Of a stretch of 57,349 nt of DNA, positions 51,339 to 57,349 are shown piece after piece. A model generated the notes under the pieces. The model had not been told where the DNA came from. It made no database searches and was given only the letters and a program-made list of their open reading frames with translations. The position numbers and the translations under genes were made by a program. The stretch's first letter is position 1. Every line of letters begins with the position of its first letter. Source of the stretch: Octopus bimaculoides (lineage: Eukaryota); NCBI RefSeq assembly GCF_001194135.2, contig NC_068997.1, forward strand, positions 13,298,717 to 13,356,065, read 5' to 3'.

Positions 51339-52476
51339 AGGAAGAAGAGACGAACAAGTAGGGTGAGAAGNNNNNNNNNNNNNNNNNNNNNNNNNNNNNN
51401 NNNNNNNNNNNNNNNNNNNNNNNNNNNNNNNNNNNNNNNNNNNNNNNNNNNNNNNNNNNNNNNNNNNNNNNNNNNNNNNNNNNNNNNNNNNNNNNNNNNN
51501 NNNNNNNNNNNNNNNNNNNNNNNNNNNNNNNNNNNNNNNNNNNNNNNNNNNNNNNNNNNNNNGAAAAAAAGAGGTAGAGAGGACGAAGGCATAGGAGACA
51601 AACAAGTAGTAGTAGTAGTAGTAGAGGAAGAAGAGACGAACAAGTAGGGTGAGAAGGCGTAGTAGTAGTAATAGTGGTAGAAGAAGAAGAAGAAGAAGAA
51701 GAAGAAGAAGAAGAAGAAGAAGAAGAAGAAGAAGAAGAAGAAGAAGAAGAAGATGTGAAGTTTCAAACGATTTTCGGAGGACTAACAATTCATTTAGTAG
51801 ATACTTAATTAGCGTCGTTTATCCACAGCGATAACAAAATTTCTAATTCTAAGAAGCAGTAAAACTGAGTTTAAGCTCACGATGTTTCTATGAAGTAATG
51901 AGTTTCTTTTGATAACCAAACATAGGAAATGAACGCTAATAAAAACTTTTCCTGTGGTTACAATAAATAAATAAATTAATGAATAAATAAAACAAAAAAA
52001 TAAAAATTTAATGAATAATTATAATAAACTATTCGTATTTTAGATCTATGAGAAAAAATAGTTGATAACAACAAAAATTACATAAGAGTGACAGATGGAT
52101 TCAATGTTATGTGAGGTTACTGATTTTTACACGTGTGATGAATTCTATAAAGCGCAACTACAATGTTATCAGCCATATTAAACTGTGAGAAATAGCAGCT
52201 AAATTTCATTCAGATCACATTATACGGTGTTAAGAAATCTCACATTGGAAAGTGTTATCCTGAGTGCCATGTGTGTATGAAAAATTAAAAAAATATACAC
52301 TACATTTTCCGGCATACAAGCCGAATTTTACAGCAAAGATATAAAAAAAAAACAAGCAAAAACGAAAAATGGAGATCGATTTATCCAAAAAGACAACTAT
52401 GAAGAACTAAAAATATCATGCGAATTGCAGTAGGATTTGGAAAGATGGTGACGAAGCTATATGTCTACACCATAAA

Positions 52477-52890
52477 TTCTTTTCTACTCTTGGCACAAGG
52501 TCCGAAATTTTGGGGAGGGGGCCAGTCGATTATATCGACCACAGTATAAAACAGGTACTTAATTTATCCACCCCCGAAAGGATGAAAGGCAAAGTCGACC
52601 TCGGCGGAATTTGAACTCAGAACGTATAGACAGATGAATGTGACTAAGCGTTTCAGCCGGCGTGCTAGCGTTTCTTATTTCTTTATTGCCCACAAGGGGC
52701 TAAACATAGAGGGGACAATCAAGGACAGACAAAGGGATTAAGTCGATTACATCGACCCTAGTGCGTAACTGGTACTTAGTTTATCGACCCCGAGAGGATG
52801 AAAGGCAAAGTCGACCTCGGCGGAATTTGAACTCAGAACGTAACGGCAGACGAAATACCGCTAAGCGTTTCACCGGCGTGCTAACGTTTC
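52477..52890 (-). mobile_element. SINE family A dimer (two monomers with different tails)
   Basis: Monomer 52675-52890 with tail ccttgattgtcccctctatgtttagccccttgtgggcaataaagaaataa is joined directly to monomer 52477-52674 with tail ccttgtgccaagagtagaaa. Confidence 0.92.
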
Positions 52891-53080
52891 TAACGGGTGA
52901 AATGCTTAGCGATATTTCGTTTGCCGCTACGTACTGAGTTCAAATTCCGCCGAGGTCGACTTTACCTTTCATTCTCTCGTGGTCGATAAGTTAAGTACCA
53001 GCTGCGCACTGAGGTCGATCTAATCGACTGCCCCCCTTCCTCTCAAATGTCGGGCCTTGTGCCTAGAGTAGAAAAGAATA
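52891..53080 (+). mobile_element. SINE family A copy, inverted relative to the adjacent dimer
   Basis: gggtgaaatgcttagcgatatttcg..ctgagttcaaattccgccgaggtcgactttacctttc..ggccttgtgcctagagtagaaaagaa. Confidence 0.92.
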
Positions 53081-53501
53081 ATTGATAGTTCGTATGTGTA
53101 TTTGGTGTGCAAGATTGTGTCTGTGTGTGTGTAAATAAATAAATAAATAAATGAAGGACTGAACCAGTGCGTGTGTTTATTACCGGCATAATGCCTCTCC
53201 CAAGGTTTAATAGCTATGTAAACGTAAGAAGAACTTGAATGGAAGACTTTATGGATCTTGGTGACTAGGGTTGTCTAAATTCTACATCTGCTTTGACATC
53301 GACTGAGCATTTTTTCAATCAAGTGAAAAGCTCATTGAATTAGCTAGGCATTTAACACAGAAGTATCTCTTCAACTTGATCCGCGTGTGTGACACGTATG
53401 TAATATTGGATTTCAATAAAAAAATATTCCTAATCGATTTCCTGAAAACACAAACCATGTATGAAATTTCACTAACAAATCTTGATGCGATCCAAGGTAA
53501 T

Positions 53502-53593
53502 TGTAAATGCCACTTGTTTAAGATGTCACGCAATGATATCGAACCCGTGACCTCGTGATTGTAAAACGAATTTTTTAACCAATCGGTCATGCT
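53502..53593 (-). mobile_element. SINE family B tRNA-like head, decayed
   Basis: Reverse complement gcatgaccgattggttaa..caatcacgaggtcacgggttcgatatcattgcgtgacatcttaaacaagtgg. Confidence 0.65.
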
Positions 53594-54353
53594 GCATCTT
53601 CCAGCTAAATAAATATTAATTAGAACATATAAACTCCCGTGTCTAAAAACACAATTACAAAGACTTCTCCACCTTGCTGTTCCTCCCAACCCCGAGAAAT
53701 CAACATTGTTTTATATCAAATATATTTCCGCATGTCTAGATCTGATATTAGTTTATATTTAAATATCTTTGATACAAGTATCATTAATTTAGCCTTTGCT
53801 ATTTTTAAGTTTAAAAACTGTTGTAGTTTTGTTTTATTCTTTTCTTCTTAGTATTATATAAAATTATTATTGTAGACAAAAATATTGATAAAAAATAGCA
53901 ATTTATTAAATTGACCGATCAAACATCGATCTCTTCATAAATATGATCTATCACTTAATTTGGAAATTCAATTTACTCTTGATTCTCTTTTTATGTTCGC
54001 CGAATACTTTGTATTTCACTCGTTATGCCTGAGTGGATGTATTATCAGACTCTTAAACCGTGGCTTCTGGAGTTCATATCACTCCACTAGAATAACGTTC
54101 TGTCAGGTATGTATAAATATCTCTCTCCTTCTCAGACTCTCTCTGTCTCTATCTACCTATTATTTTTGTTAAACTTAAATACATAGATACACAGAAACAT
54201 ACATGTGCATACACGCATTCACATTGCCAGACAAACACGAATGCATACATACATGAATACATACATATATGTATATGTATCGACTTACCTATTTGATCTC
54301 TTTCTCTCTATACTTATATGCATACATGATTATATATGTGTGTACGCATTATG

Positions 54354-54509
<156 letters not shown>

Positions 54510-55751
54510 TATGTATGAATGGATATGGATATAGATATGTGTTTGTGAGTGTGTGCAATTTTACATAAGTGTTTTTGCGTATGTCTATGTATTTCTGTTT
54601 TACTATTCATTAATCTTTTTTATAGCTTCATAACATTCAATGTAGTAAACAGAAGTAACAAAAGTTTTAGAGACGTATAATGGCAATCTAGAAGACACAG
54701 CCAAATTCTACGGACAAATAAGTATGTATTGAATACATGATCGGCTCCAGGAATAGTTTTAACGTATGTGATGGAAGAAAATTGAGTCTGCGCAGTCTGA
54801 ACTGAAATAGAGTAATGAAAAATCACCGTACAAAAGATAAATTTGATTACATATATTTACTAAAATCGATAGGTGAACATGATTTACTACCTGTCAGATT
54901 AATACAAAGGGCTCAAGGAACAGAAGACTCATAACAAACGGTTTTTACCATTTTAAAGAACCCAAACGAAAGAAGCGAACAGTAAAAGGAAAAGTGGACA
55001 ACAGAAAACTAGAGAATAAATATTAAGAAATAAATTAGAAACTAAATGTGTTAAATTTTGCTAAGGTTAAAAATAAGTGATCGTACTTCAAGTAAAAATA
55101 CCTGAACAAGCAAACATTTGCATTCAGATAACTGTCACGAACATATGTTTGGGTAAATTATACCATATTTGTGTTCTTCATTTTGAGTGCCTAGGTCGTC
55201 GCGAGCATAGACATGTTTACAGCTGTTTCAGAATTGACTCAGTTGAATATCTTGGATGAGGCAGTAGGAGCAATAGAGGCTACTGTTCCAGAGTCTGTCC
55301 GGTTTTTTTAATTTATACACATAGACAAAAGCTAGCATTCATTACAGCTTAGCGAACTGGTACAACATGAAATGAACTGCCTTTCTGCCTAGTCCGGTAA
55401 TTAAGCACATGACTTTGTAGATTATTTGTGGAACACTCTAACCATTGAGCCACAGTATCTGCAGCTATATAGATAACAACTACAATAGCTATAGAGGCAG
55501 TGTCAATTCCGAATTACAACCCCGCCACCAACAGATTTGAAATTTGGGATTGAAATCTTATATTTATTTCCCGGTGAAAATAAATATAATATTTTTACCC
55601 GAGAAAGGGCACCTGAGGAATTTTACAAAGATTACAAGGCCGTTAGGAGAATCCTAATTATAAGGAGCACATATTTTGTCAGTAATGAGTAGATCAATAT
55701 ATACTAAAAAGTTTGCTGTTTTGTAAATATGAAAAAAATAATCATACTGTA

Positions 55752-55935
55752 TACAGTGATCCCTCACCATATTACGGTTCACCTATCATGGTTTATCATT
55801 TAAGACTATGTCGATTCCTCCATGGTGTTGTTTTGAATTTATAATAAAATAAATATATACAAATTATAAAAACAATAAAAAAATATACAGTACAGTACTG
55901 TTTCTACTTCGCGGATTTTGACCTAGTTCGCGGAC
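55752..55935 (+). mobile_element. Tigger/pogo-like non-autonomous element remnant
   Basis: TA+CAGTGATCCCTCACCATATTACGGTTCACCTATC left end; tttctacttcgcggattttgacc sub-terminal right-end motif. Confidence 0.75.
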
Positions 55936-56153
55936 TTGTCAGTACATGTGAAGGTGCGCATAACTGGAATGACAAATCCTTATTTTTCAGTACCTTAATT
56001 AGCACCTATACGTCATTAATCAGTACCTATAAGTCAGTACACATTGTTAGTGCTCTAGTGCGCTATCTGCGACTCTAACTTGGTCATTTACTATCTAAAT
56101 ACATAACTCTATCAGATCGAGGAATGTTTTATATACATACATGCATGCACACA

Positions 56154-56204
<51 letters not shown>

Positions 56205-57349
56205 NNNNNNNNNNNNNNNNNNNNNNNNNNNNNNNNNNNNNNNNNNNNNNNNNNNNNNNNNNNNNNNNNNNNNNNNNNNNNNNNNNNNNNNNNNNNNNNN
56301 NNNNNNNNNNNNNNNNNNNNNNNNNNNNNNNNNNNNNNNNNNNNNNNNNNNNNNNNNNNNNNNNNNNNNNNNNNNNNNNNNNNNNNNNNNNNNNNNNNNN
56401 NNNNNNNNNNNNNNNNATATATATATATATATATATACATATATATGTACATACATACATTCATATATTTTCTATCTAATGCTAACTATCACTAATTATT
56501 TCGTAAAGTATCTATGCATATAATATAGGCTAACACACGAGAAATACATGGCTAAGAGCATAAATACCAATACATAAATAAATATACAATTAAATAAATA
56601 AAAATTACAATGAAATCAAAAAGGACAAGGAAAATAATAACACCTAAAACTATCACCATCAGCACTACTAAAAGACAGCAACAACAGCAACAAGAAGAAC
56701 AGCAATAATAACAACAACAACACTAATGATAATAATGAATATAGAAGCGAAAGCAACATCTACCCTCAAAAAATCACCTCCCTGCAACCCTCCAGATTTT
56801 TATTTTCCAATTCATGAGAAATAGAAGACAATAGATAGCTAAGGCATTTATTCAAAGAAACCCTTAAAATGGAGAAAATAATCGTTGGTATTCTAAGGGA
56901 AAATCCTATTAAACTCTTAGCATCGTTGCTAAGATTTGAAATCTTTAATAAGAATTATAGCGTTAAACATAAATAGGTTGATTACAAATTGAAATATCTT
57001 TTGAAAATCTTGAGACAGAAATTTCTGTATTTTATATAATAGCGTTGTTTATTTCATTTTTCGTTTCTTTTCTAAGTTTATTTCAACCAGAATAGCTACG
57101 GCCTTGCTGGAGCACTGCCTTTCTTTGAAAAACGAAAATTAGTATATAAAAAAAAACTTAAAGGAGAAAAAGAAATGAAAAGCAATACACACACCTACGC
57201 GCGTGTGTTACCACACAAAGGAAAATAGATCTCATTTTCTACAATTCCTAATAAACATTGAAATTATTTTTGTTATTAAATTTACATTGACAAGTTTAAA
57301 ACTTGATATAATAGCGTTATATATGTTGCCATATATCCATATATATATA

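Overview
Eukaryotic, very AT-rich, microsatellite-saturated genomic DNA with roughly 7 kb of assembly gaps (N). The repeat content (tRNA-derived SINEs with the core 'GATGAAAGGCAAAGTCGACCTCGGCGGAATTTGAACTC', recalled from Octopus genomes) suggests an octopus scaffold; this is inference, not a database result. Almost every ORF in the supplied track is a translated microsatellite or runs through Ns. What the sequence supports: (1) a candidate + strand gene assembled from very short, phase-compatible exons between about 10.6 and 36.8 kb (possibly starting near 2.7 kb), ending in a six-cysteine motif, product not recognised; (2) three decayed mariner fragments, two Tigger/pogo-like ends, and R4/Dong-like and L1/Tx1-like LINE RT remnants; (3) about 20 SINE fragments from three families, including a near-spacerless head-to-head pair; (4) a composite element seen twice: a tRNA-like Pol III head joined to arms carrying a Penelope-type minimal hammerhead-ribozyme motif, arranged as a long inverted repeat in one copy; (5) two degenerate minisatellites, a 17-bp array and a ~30-bp TTCCAGGAAGT array. 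No rRNA, genuine tRNA or CRISPR array is supported.
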